DNA from: Octopus bimaculoides
Taxonomy: Eukaryota
Reading direction: 5' to 3'
NCBI RefSeq assembly: GCF_001194135.2
Contig: NC_068984.1
Coordinates: 97,458,745-97,506,174 of the forward strand
Length of the DNA stretch: 47,430 nt
Shown here piece after piece: positions 10,950 through 22,757 of this stretch (positions within the stretch are counted from its first letter, which is position 1; each line of letters starts with the position of its first letter). The notes under the pieces were generated by a model. It ran no database searches and was not told the DNA's origin. It worked only from the letters and a program-made list of their open reading frames with translations. The position numbers were made by a program, and so were the translations under genes.

Positions 10950-12820
10950 TTAGTGGGGATGCTTGTAGTATCAGAAGCAAGAAATAGCCTGGCTGAATTG
11001 AAAGTAATATCCCGGTTAAAACACTATTTGCAAAATATGATTTTGTAATCTCGGACCAAACATCAAACAATGGGGTTGAAGAGATCGTAGCAGGAAATCT
11101 CGACACAGAACACATACCTGAACATCTTCACTTATGTTCAGTCGAGTAATGATTAAACAGTGGAGTGACATCGAGAACACAATTGGACGAGACAAAATCT
11201 ATTCAGTTTTCTTGTAAATGCAACATCAAGCTCATCCAGTGTCACTGAACAGGCTCTTGATTGCATAACAAGATTAATCAATCATGATTTTGATTACAAG
11301 TCGTGAAACAAAGCCGGTGAATTTGACAAGCACATTCAACCACGGGTGAATAAATCCGTCGCCCTGAAGAATGAACCGTCTCACTTTGACTTGTGCAATA
11401 ACTTTGTACCACATAGATGATGTAGCATCGTATTTGGCAAAATACGAGCATGTTACAAACCAAATAGCTTGTATCGTACGATGTTTTACAAATCTGGAGT
11501 TCCTCAAAGTCTTGTATTGCACAGGAGCGCTGATTGGACTGCACCTTGTCGAACCATTCCTTTCGTTCACCACTTCAACAAGCACAAAACATGCACCTGT
11601 TTTCAAACAACTGTATAAAGACCTTTCCACAACGGATTCAAACCGATTGCTAAATGTGCATAGTCCTGCACTCAGTTTCGTATCTTCTAGTAGATTCCAG
11701 GAAATCAGATATAATGAAGATATATGCTGCGCTGTTGAAGCTATTGCAACCAGCGCTGAAACCAGAGATTTTAAAAGTACTGTCGAGGCTTCTTCCAAAG
11801 TTAGAGGATGGTTTCCAGAACCGGAAGAGGGTTCTGTTTGGTTTTGAAAACACCATCAAAGAGTCTCTCCATGCTCTGGCAAACATGGGCTTAGCTAAAC
11901 TAGAGAGATCTCCTATTCACAATTTCGACGTAGAACGCAGTTTTGGATTTATCAATTATGAGTTGAGCCATCGAGTTGCCATGCAACTCAAATTAGCATC
12001 TTCTTCCCAAGTTAAATCTAAGTCGCCTGATCTGATTGAACGTCGAGAGTCCAGAGCATTCAGGCAATATACCAAACTCACCAAATCTGAGGGGCGAGTG
12101 CCTGACATCATTAAAGAATGGCATAACAGCCAGCAGCAGTTAATAGTGGAGTGACTGTAGAAGAAGGAAATCGCCAACGCAGTAGATAGACGACAAGCAG
12201 CCGACTTGGATATTTTTAAAAATCATGGCGGACCGTTTACTAACAGTACGGAGGTAGATGCTTTATATGGCAGATATATCAGATAAAGAAAAGGTCGATA
12301 GGCTGTTTTTAGAAATCAGATATGCCAGATACACTACCCTTTCTGTGCCAATAACCAGCGACATTCTCCGTCTTAAGCAAAATTACCAAAAACTGCCAAT
12401 GGAAGGATATGCAATAAATTTGAAAATTTACTTGGATAATGTGAGTTACAAGACAGTCGTAAGCCTTATTGATTTCAGTTATGCATTGGATGACTTGGTG
12501 TGTGGTTCTGAAGCCATAATGGTTGTAAAAGTATTACTGTATCAGATGAATTACGGAGCTTTGGAAATATTTTTTTCTTTTGTAAAATTAAATTACTTAA
12601 CTATTTGTCATTAAACTGTTTCTTTCACATCAAATTCGTGTTCTATGACCTCAAAACACATATAAAGACATATCACATAACATTCTTGGTAACAGCTACT
12701 AATTTTGTTAAAAAATTGCGTATTTTGGACGCTGTTTTTGATTTTCGTTATGGAAAATCAAATTGCAAAATTAATAGTATTTTTGGATTCAGCGTATTAC
12801 AAAAATCCATGGTAAGCTAA
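10950..12820 (+). mobile_element. Degraded DDE DNA transposase, superfamily unassigned (hAT-like group)
   Basis: Collinear frameshifted pieces DFVISDQTSNN, EHIPEHLHLC, NRLTLTCAITLYH..., PIHNFDVERSFGFINYEL and LFLEIRYARYT span ~1.6 kb. The order fits a catalytic D, an insertion domain and a catalytic E. Confidence 0.6.
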
Positions 12821-12839
12821 AGTCTATAAAATGAAAATG

Positions 12840-12842
<3 letters not shown>

Positions 12843-12885
<43 letters not shown>

Positions 12886-12900
12886 TGTCTGACTGTCTGT
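12843..12900. repeat. (GT)n microsatellite
   Basis: Directly visible. Confidence 0.95.
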
Positions 12901-14004
12901 CCATCTACAGCAAGAAAAGCTACATAAAAGCTAATTCCTGTCTAAAATTTTACGCCGAAGACAATGCAAGTGGTCCCGACTCTCTACGTGCCCGCCTAAC
13001 GGCGATACCCGTCATTTTCCAACATCTTGGACACAAGGTAGATCCCAAATAAATCAACCGTCTAAGAGAGATAAATTTTTATAGGATTAACATATACCAA
13101 TCCAAAATAAGTGACTTGTCTAAGGGAAATAATTTTTATAGAAATATAGTTCTTCATTTTCTTACAAACAAACTTGGCAGATAATNNNNNNNNNNNNNNN
13201 NNNNNNNNNNNNNNNNNNNNNNNNNNNNNNNNNNNNNNNNNNNNNNNNNNNNNNNNNNNNNNNNNNNNNNNNNNNNNNNNNNNNNNNNNNNNNNNNNNNN
13301 NNNNNNNNNNNNNNNNNNNNNNNNNNNNNNNNNNNNNNNNNNNNNNNNNNNNNNNNNNNNNNNNNNNNNNNNNNNNNNNNNNNNNNNNNNNNNNNNNNNN
13401 NNNNNNNNNNNNNNNNNNNNNNNNNNNNNNNNNNNNNNNNNNNNNNNNNNNNNNNNNNNNNNNNNNNNNNNNNNNNNNNNNNNNNNNNNNNNNNNNNNNN
13501 NNNNNNNNNNNNNNNNNNNNNNNNNNNNNNNNNNNNNNNNNNNNNNNNNNNNNNNNNNNNNNNNNNNNNNNNNNNNNNNNNNNNNNNNNNNNNNNNNNNN
13601 NNNNNNNNNNNNNNNNNNNNNNNNNNNNNNNNNNNNNNNNNNNNNNNNNNNNNNNNNNNNNNNNNNNNNNNNNNNNNNNNNNNNNNNNNNNNNNNNNNNN
13701 NNNNNNNNNNNNNNNNNNNNNNNNNNNNNNNNNNNNNNNNNNNNNNNNNNNNNNNNNNNNNNNNNNNNNNNNNNNNNNNNNNNNNNNNNNNNNNNNNNNN
13801 NNNNNNNNNNNNNNNNNNNNNNNNNNNNNNNNNNNNNNNNNNNNNNNNNNNNNNNNNNNNNNNNNNNNNNNNNNNNNNNNNNNNNNNNNNNNNNNNNNNN
13901 NNNNNNNNNNNNNNNNNNNNNNNNNNNNNNNNNNNNNNNNNNNNNNNNNNNNNNNNNNNNNNNNNNNNNNNNNNNNNNNNNNNNNNNNNNNNNNNNNNNN
14001 NNNN

Positions 14005-14068
<64 letters not shown>

Positions 14069-14090
14069 TGTGTTTGTATGTGTATGTGTA
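14005..14090. repeat. (TG)n microsatellite bordering a gap
   Basis: Directly visible. Confidence 0.95.
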
Positions 14091-15507
14091 TAATTGTAAT
14101 AAGCTATATTACTTTATATTGCTATAAGTATTACTTAAATAAGTTTTACTTATTTTACATTCGTTTTATATTTATATCTGTAGAAGATCAGTTTCGTTTT
14201 TTTTTCGCTGCCCACCTTCAGAATAGAAATCGAAACTAAGATTTTACTCCAACTAAGATTTCTTTAACGTATACCACATCAGAATTTATGAGGTCAGCTG
14301 TCATTTTCCTATTTCACTTCCTTAGCTTATGTACTTGCACGTGTCACTTCCCATTAAAAACTAGATAAGGAATACAATTCTATAGTCGAGGAACAGACAG
14401 TCTGTCGCCCCCCCCACCGTTTTCTTTAAACTTAAGAAGAAACAAATTCGGTGAGACACTCTTTTGTAGGTATGCTACATGTGTAAAAGGCATAGGGTTA
14501 AATATACAGTACGTGATTTGTTAGAAATACCAGCCAACACACCACCGACTCGCCCACTCTCATTTCGTTTTCCAAAAATAAATGCATTTATCTGCATATT
14601 GGTCGAATTAATTGAAATGATATCAACAAACTCAAATATCTTCAATTTTATTTAGTTTTCAGCGGTCCACTCACAAACAAACAAACTTTGATTCTTATAA
14701 GGACACAGATAAAAACATATGTGTATGTGTAGTGGTTGGGTGTGTGTATTACTGTAATGAGTTCAATTACTTTATATTGTTTTAAGTATTATTTATAGTC
14801 GACGAACAGTCAGTCGTTTTGCTCCATATTAAATATAACCCAACGTCTCTGTGTGTGTGTGTTTGTGTGTGTGTGTGTGCATGTGTGCATGTGTGTGTGA
14901 TTATATATATATATNNNNNNNNNNNNNNNNNNNNNNNNNNNNNNNNNNNNNNNNNNNNNNNNNNNNNNNNNNNNNNNNNNNNNNNNNNNNNNNNNNNNNN
15001 NNNNNNNNNNNNNNNNNNNNNNNNNNNNNNNNNNNNNNNNNNNNNNNNNNNNNNNNNNNNNNNNNNNNNNNNNNNNNNNNNNNNNNNNNNNNNNNNNNNN
15101 NNNNNNNNNNNNNNNNNNNNNNNNNNNNNNNNNNNNNNNNNNNNNNNNNNNNNNNNNNNNNNNNNNNNNNNNNNNNNNNNNNNNNNNNNNNNNNNNNNNN
15201 NNNNNNNNNNNNNNNNNNNNNNNNNNNNNNNNNNNNNNNNNNNNNNNNNNNNNNNNNNNNNNNNNNNNNNNNNNNNNNNNNNNNNNNNNNNNNNNNNNNN
15301 NNNNNNNNNNNNNNNNNNNNNNNNNNNNNNNNNNNNNNNNNNNNNNNNNNNNNNNNNNNNNNNNNNNNNNNNNNNNNNNNNNNNNNNNNNNNNNNNNNNN
15401 NNNNNNNNNNNNNNNNNNNNNNNNNNNNNNNNNNNNNNNNNNNNNNNNNNNNNNNNNNNNNNNNNNNNNNNNNNNNNNNNNNNNNNNNNNNNNNNNNNNN
15501 NNNNNNN

Positions 15508-16029
15508 AGACAAGGTAGAAAATGCTAAAACAATTTTATCACGAAGAACATTTTAGTACCAGTTTCAGTCTTTGCGACCTCTTCAGCTTAGAGTAAAGCA
15601 TGAAAAACAATTAAATTGTGGAAAAATTAAATGAAATGTGTTTTAAAAATATTTCCATAGTTTTCAAATGTAAGGGACATTTTCCTTTTTTCTGTCTGTC
15701 TCTTTATTGCTCTTGTGAGGGCTTGGTAGCCGGTAGTAGGTAGTAGCAGTCCTAATATTTGATATGAGTTCTTGGTTTTGATTAAGCAGCAGTAGTAGTT
15801 GAGGAAGGAAGCGGCGGCGAAGAAGAAGAAGTAGAAGAAGAAGAGGGAAAGGGAGTAGGAAAAGAAGAGATAGAATAATAAAAATGTGGAAGTGGTATGA
15901 CAGTAGTAGGATGTTGGTGGAATCCTCTTAAATGGTCAAGTAACCTAAAAATGACCTGTTGTGGTTGTAATAGTAGTGATTGGAATTGTCCTCAATAAAT
16001 TCATGGATAGTGACTGTGCTGAATATATC
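15508..16029 (+). repeat. Copy 2 of the inverted paralogous segment (partner 2260-2817)
   Basis: Matches the reverse complement of 2260-2817. It carries a ~36-40 bp extra insert and a degenerate GAA-rich tract instead of (GAA)46. Confidence 0.9.
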
Positions 16030-16459
16030 TCCTTAGCTAGAAAAAGACTCCTACACATCTTAGACCGGTACAACAAAACCGCTAAAAAACATAATGAGGA
16101 GGGGACCCACCAACTCAGTTCATCTGTTGCCAAAGGCCTACAAAAACTGAAACAGCCAATTAGGAACAGAGAACTAATGTGCCTCCCTACGGACAAGTCT
16201 GGCAGACTGTCAATAGACAGCCCACAGAACTATGTCCAAACTATGCAACATACACATCAGTAGCATGAAAGAAGTTGCATCACAGGAACATGAAAGAGGG
16301 AAAACGCTCCTCAATGCACTCATGGAAATGTGGTGCAACATACTCCAACCTAAGAAACGGACTACACACAAATTCCAAGCATCCAACAATGATGTTCCTA
16401 CACTACGGATTATGCAGACCATAAACCCTACATAAACCCGAACCGACCAGTTTGCGGAG
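16027..16459 (+). mobile_element. Partial duplicate of the Penelope-like element (direct repeat of 17184-17617)
   Basis: ~433 bp from atctccttagctagaaaaagactcc to ccgaccagtttgcggag, with scattered substitutions and an indel relative to 17184-17617. Confidence 0.9.
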
Positions 16460-16599
16460 GTGGTGGTGAGTGTGTGTGTATTGGTTTTTGTGACTATGTA
16501 CTGTGTATGTATGGATGTGTATCTCCATATGTGTGGATGTGTGTCTCTACATGTGTCCTTGTGTAAAGTGTGTGTGCATATGGTCATGTGTTTCAGTCT

Positions 16600-18720
16600 T
16601 TATTTGCGTAAAATTAAGATGGAGGTTAGGACAATACGACTACAACAAAATATGAGACCAAAACAACAAGAATAACAATAGTGATGTTGATGAGAACAAT
16701 AGTGGCAATAACAATAACAACAATGATAACCACAACATTCCCCACTCAAACAACTATAACAACAACACAAACATACGAAACCGAAACAACTATTATAATA
16801 TCAACAACAATAACGATGATTATAGCAACAGCAACAATGACAACAACATCCCACACACAGAAAACAATACCAACCACATTATCCACACCACTACCAACAA
16901 CACCACCCACATCAACACCAACACCAACACCAACCACAACAATAGCAATAACAACAATGGGCACAACACAAGCACTGCCACCACCACCACCACCACCACC
17001 AACACTAGCAACAATAATACCAGCAATTATAACAATATCCACAACGATAATAGCACCTTATACTCTGTCTTCTATAACCCTAACAACAAATCTTATGATA
17101 TGATGAGGATTTACCCAACAGACTTACCCTTCAACAAAAGGGTATGTATCCCACCCTAAATTGACAGTGAAACAGAAGCAAAGATCTCCTTAGCTAGAAA
17201 AAGACTCCGACACATCTTAGACCGGTACAACAAAACCACTAAAAAACATAATGAGAAGGGGACCCACCAACTCAGTTCATCTGTTGACAAAGGTCTACAA
17301 AAACTGAAACAGCCAATTAGGAACAAAGAACTAATGTGCCTCCCTACGGACAAGTCTGGCAGACTGTCAATAGACAGCCCACAGAACTATGTCCAGACCA
17401 TGCAACAACACATCAGTAGCATGAGAGAAGTTGCATCACAGGAACATGAAAGAGGGGGAAAACTCCTCAATGCACCCATGGAAATGTGGTGCAACATACT
17501 CCAACCTAAGAAACGGACTGCACACAAATTCCAAGCTTCCAACAATAATGTTCCTACACTGTACGGATTATGCAGACCATAAACCCTACATAAACCCGAA
17601 CCGACCAGTTTGCGGAGCGAATATGTCCAGCAATTATAGACTGTCCTACTTCCTCTCACAGGTATTACGACCTCTCATAGAAGTGTCCCCAGATGTCTGT
17701 GTGAGCACGGAGGATCTCCTCAGTAAAATCAGTACTTGCAACCACTCCAATGACCTCACAGGTTGTGTTGTGGGTAGTATGGATGTGATTTCACTCTACC
17801 CATCTATAGACATAGATTTTGCTGTAGAGAAATGCCTTGAGATAATCTATGTGAGTGAAGCAGAGTTCCGTGAAGTCAATACGAAAGAACTAGGCCTCCT
17901 CCTGAGAATAAGCTACGACAGTGACTATTTAGACGACCATGACCTCAGTATTTTTGCCCCACAAGGTCACAGAGTGGAAGACCACCCACCATCACCTCTG
18001 CAGTTAAGAAAAGTACCGCAGAGTGCTAGAGTGGCTGGACCGTACCCATCCAAGACCCTGTGAATAGCAATCAGGTGAAAAGAATGATTGCACATGCAAT
18101 AGGGGCTAGCGTAAGAACCACCTTGAAGAACCACATAGTAAAGTTTAACAAGAAGCTATATATGCGGGTTCAAGGTGCGGCCATTGATGTCGGTGTAGCT
18201 GGATATGTGGCCGACCTCTTCATGACCTGGTGGGACAGAAAACTTAAGCAACCCTTAGCAGAACAGTCCACAACTCTTTTACTTTACAGTAGGTATGTAG
18301 ACGACATTAATATCCTAGTTAAGACCAACTCTAGTACCAGTAATGTAGAAACTGAAAGTAACATACTAGAGAGCATCCAGCAAGTGGCTAATTCCATCCA
18401 CCAAAGTATCATGGTAACTATAGATTACTCCATTAGGCACCCCATCAATAGACTCCTCGTCCTTGATACTGAACTTTGTGAACAACAGGGTGCACCTCCT
18501 CCACTCCTATTACATGAGACCCATAGCTTCGAAATATGTTGTTCACAAGAACTCAGCTTCGTCACTCAATATGAAAATTAACATACTGATAGCAGGCTTA
18601 GTTAGGATAATGAACAACGTGTCCCCACTATGCAAACCCTATGAAACGAAGAAACATGTACAAAACTTCATGCGCCGCATACAATTCTCTGGATATGATC
18701 AGAAAGATAGGGTTCGCTCA
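16600..18720 (+). mobile_element. Penelope-like element reverse transcriptase, frameshifted and 3'-truncated
   Basis: CLPTDKSGRL, LYGL/..DHKP...RPVCGA, VGSMDVISLYPSID, GAAIDVGVAGYVADLFM, SRYVDDINIL and HSYYMRPIAS...FSGYDQ. No GIY-YIG domain seen. Confidence 0.9.
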
Positions 18721-20664
18721 CATTTCCTTGCCTTCTATTCTTGCTCACTTTCCCTCCACTTTCCACTTCACTGTGTCCCTGTCATTTTTTCTTGCCACCC
18801 CTCCTTAATTGTTTTGTCCCTCTGCCTCTACCTCTCTCTCTTCTCTTCCCACGTGACCGGTGTTCGGCCAAACCTTACCCCTTTCTTTCTTGTCCGGCCG
18901 TTGTGTGTGCAACATCGTTATTCCTCCCTGTGCCTGTGAAATCTTGTATCCCTGCTGTAAGGATTTATTTCCATATACGCCAGCTTAATTTAATTCGTCC
19001 TTAGTCGAAAGACATCTGTTGTTTTGTCCTGTTAATATTCTCACTGTATTTGTGTAATATTGTTCGTTTTTTTTTCTGTCCTTTTTTTTGTATANNNNNN
19101 NNNNNNNNNNNNNNNNNNNNNNNNNNNNNNNNNNNNNNNNNNNNNNNNNNNNNNNNNNNNNNNNNNNNNNNNNNNNNNNNNNNNNNNNNNNNNNNNNNNN
19201 NNNNNNNNNNNNNNNNNNNNNNNNNNNNNNNNNNNNNNNNNNNNNNNNNNNNNNNNNNNNNNNNNNNNNNNNNNNNNNNNNNNNNNNNNNNNNNNNNNNN
19301 NNNNNNNNNNNNNNNNNNNNNNNNNNNNNNNNNNNNNNNNNNNNNNNNNNNNNNNNNNNNNNNNNNNNNNNNNNNNNNNNNNNNNNNNNNNNNNNNNNNN
19401 NNNNNNNNNNNNNNNNNNNNNNNNNNNNNNNNNNNNNNNNNNNNNNNNNNNNNNNNNNATATATATATATATATATATATATATACTAGCAAATGCACTC
19501 ATCCTTTGGACGGTGTAAGTATTATAATGGTGCACTCCTGTGGACGGTTTAGGTTGAATTAGCCCGCAGTTAGAAAGCAAGAAGTCGTTTCAAGTTGATA
19601 AGCGTAAAATGTATAATTACCATTTTCGCTAGCAGCTTATGATATGGTATTAAGAAACTTAGGGTTTCTTCAAAAAGAAGCTTGAGAAAGATAAAAATAA
19701 CATCCTCCCTTATTGATATTAGGATTTTTCATGTCATCCTTGTCTGTTGAAATGGAAAAGATCTATTAATAATTTATGGAACCTGTATGTGCTTTTCACT
19801 AACTTTGCATTTTTCGTCCATTCTTTCTTTTTAGAATAGCACAAATTGTAGATTTAACCAATCCAGATTCTACTTTGTTTATTTCTATAATAATGGTCTT
19901 ACTCGCAGATTTTTCTTTTGTAATGGAAAAAAAAAAATAATAAATCACAACACCAACTTTTGTCTGAAAAACATTCTACCGGTTCAAATGAAATAAGCAA
20001 AAGCACATTGAAGTCACGAATTCGAGGGAAAGCCGAGTTGTGGTTGTAAGCGTTTTTTTAAAATGAATAATTCGACATAGTCACTAAGGCATCCAAGGAA
20101 GCTTATCCTAGTTTTTAATTAATTATCTTTGGATGGAAACCGGTCTTTGCCATAATTTCATACGTTGCTAAAGAGTCTACTGTGTGTATGCGCGCGCGCG
20201 TGTGTATACACACGCACAGACATACACATATTTACACATATATCAATACAATATATATATCCAAGAAAGTTAGAGGTTGTGAATCCAACCAACCAAGGGA
20301 TAATATCTATCCAATATACTGNNNNNNNNNNTTCATCAACTTATAGACATTACATTATGTCAGTTTATTTATTTACTAAAAAGACAATTATAACAATATA
20401 CATACCTATATGATATATTATGCCTTACATATATAACATACAAAATATAAAATAGCAGTAATTATATAATTATAACATTATCCCAATTTCTATATGTTAT
20501 ATTTTATCTATTATACATGTAAGGCATAATATGTCATATATGTATGTATATTGTTATAATTGTCCTNNNNNNNNNNGTTTTTTCATTGCATGACAATTAC
20601 ATTACCAAGTGTAATAAATGGGTGAGACTAAAAAGTTATTTTACCATTAATGTATAGAGCAATA

Positions 20665-21002
20665 AGAAAATGGAGGGATCAATTGATGGTATTCATCAAC
20701 TTATAGACATTACATTATGTCAGTTTATTTATTTACTAAAAAGACAATTATAACAATATACATACCTATATGATATATTATGCCTTACATATATAACATA
20801 CAAAATATAAAATAGCAGTAATTATATAATTATAACATTATCCCAATTTCTATATGTTATATTTTATCTATTATACATGTAAGGCATAATATGTCATATA
20901 TGTATGTATATTGTTATAATTGTCCTTTTAGTAAATAAATAAACTGACATAATGTAATGTCTATAAGTTGATGAATACCACCTATTGATCCCTCCATTTT
21001 CT
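20665..21002. mobile_element. Foldback/MITE-like element with 126-bp inverted arms and TA flanks
   Basis: 20665-20790 is the reverse complement of 20877-21002 with a handful of mismatches, around an 86-bp AT-rich spacer. TA lies at 20663-64 and 21003-04. Confidence 0.85.
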
Positions 21003-21004
21003 TA

Positions 21005-21108
21005 AGCAAAGTTGACCTCGGCGGAATTCGAACTCAAAACCTAACTGCAGACGAAGTACCGCTAAGCATTTCGCCCGGTGTGCTAACGTTTCTGCCAGCT
21101 CGCCGTAT
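21005..21108 (-). mobile_element. 5' part of the core-containing tRNA-derived SINE
   Basis: gcaaagttgacctcggcggaattcgaactc...gctaagcatttcgcccggtgtgctaacgtttctgccagctcgccg. Confidence 0.85.
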
Positions 21109-21245
21109 TAATATGATATAATAATAATATAATATAATATAATAAATATGAATGTCAGTGTGTCAATGTGTCACACTTTCTCAACTTTACTACTGGAGAC
21201 CGTAGCCCAATATATTATGCCTTTTTGGAATCAGACTGACCCAGT

Positions 21246-21570
21246 GAGTAAATTAAAAACATTCCGGGTCGAATCCTGACCCACCATCCTGAAATTTTGG
21301 ATTTCCAAGTTTTCATTACAGTGGTTGTTTCCGGTGATTTTTTTTACGTGACTTTCTGCGACAAATATTTTGTATGATAACAATCTTTATAATATCTAAA
21401 GGCTAATTCCTTGAGTAAATTAAAAACATTCACACCGAATCCGGACCTGTAATCCTGAAATTTTGGATCCCATGTTTTCATTACTGCGATTGTTTTTGGC
21501 GATTATTTTTTACATGATATTTTTGCGAAGAATATGATCATCATTGGGATATGACTCTAAAGGAAGCAAT
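21246..21570. repeat. Diverged ~167-bp tandem duplication
   Basis: gagtaaattaaaaacatt..cgaatcc.gac...atcctgaaattttggat...gttttcattac occurs at 21246 and 21413. Confidence 0.75.
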
Positions 21571-21612
21571 TGCAATACATTCTCCAAAACAAGTCAGAAA
21601 TCTGTTTGCAGA
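21520..21612 (+). mobile_element. Possible short Helitron RepHel fragment
   Basis: EEYDHHWDMTLKEAIAIHSPKQVRNLFA resembles the Helitron segment ED..W...L.EA....SP..LR.LF. Only ~28 codons. Confidence 0.35.
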
Positions 21613-22757
21613 TCTTCCCATTCAGGGTCAGTTGCTTAAAAGCAAATAATTTGTCTTTTCCTAGATTTAAAGTGTGTTACCCCATCAGAGTATTTAATTC
21701 CACAGTTTTAGATAAGTTTTCTGATGCTATTCATTACTGCAACCATAGATACTATTCAACTTTCATGAGACGATTCAAATCCGAACTCACTTAGTAATAT
21801 TTTCTGTTGCACAATAATATATCGCCAATACAAATATAGATTTTAAGAAAGTCAGTAAACAATCCAATTTTTCTCCCATCAGCCCTCATAAAAACTTCCA
21901 TAATTTACATAGCTTTATCCGCTCTTTTATAAAGCATCAAATTATCTTATACCTGGTAAGGGAATAAATCCATATCGAGCGTAAACACCATTTCCCCCCG
22001 ATAATGGGGGCATTCTATGGAACTGAATCTTAAGATATGCTAGGACATGCTAACTATGCACTGATTTTAAACTAAGAGGTATATTATAGGTTTCAAAACC
22101 ACAAGATCAATAAAGTGCTACTTTCAGAAATATTTAAAGGTACAGGTGACACTATGTACACATGATACCCTAAGATCTAGTCGATTATTAATCACGTTGC
22201 CTTTATCTTTATGTCATTCTATGTCTTTGTTCAGCTGAGGATTGCTCTGCATTTAAATTGATGTAATGGTTGCATTGTTCAATTAAATGGAGTTGCGTGA
22301 AACGATCGTACTGCATTACCTCTGCATATCCTTGCTGCTTATTTTGATTATATATATATACACTCTTCTACTATATTGTAATTTGAACATTCTTTGAGTT
22401 TTCGTGCTAATTCGAAGCAGTCCTATTTTTGTTTTGTGAAGTGAAGTTTGGTGATACATATTAATATAAAAAATATAATTGTTACACTGGATCGATTTTA
22501 TGAAGCTTAGTAGTTGGATGAAATAAGCCACATGACTGAATTTAGAAACAGCAAAAATGAATTAAATGTTACGCGATTTATGTTTGATTTTTTAAATATT
22601 TTACTTTAGAACATTCAATATGATGCGTAAAAGACATAATACTTTTCATTCATCTGAAGCCCGACTCCTTAGAAGCCGAAGGGCTAGGGAAATAATAAAA
22701 GAAAGTTAGGACAGGCTGTGGAGACACAAGAGCAAAGAGAAGTAAAACTTCAGTTTT

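Noticed and set aside
16681-17103. Thr/Pro-rich mucin-like ORF
   Set aside because: It is an alternative frame of an AAC/ACC-rich tract. The Asn frame is continuous with the Penelope ORF, and no splice sites or signal peptide support a mucin.
18950-19012. Possible hammerhead ribozyme near the Penelope element (taagga...tcctta-gtcgaaa)
   Set aside because: There is no CUGANGA core positioned before a stem closing on GAAA.
20332-20566. Exact direct copy of 20692-20926
   Set aside because: It is identical and sits between two 10-N gaps beside a long palindrome, so it is most likely an assembly artefact.
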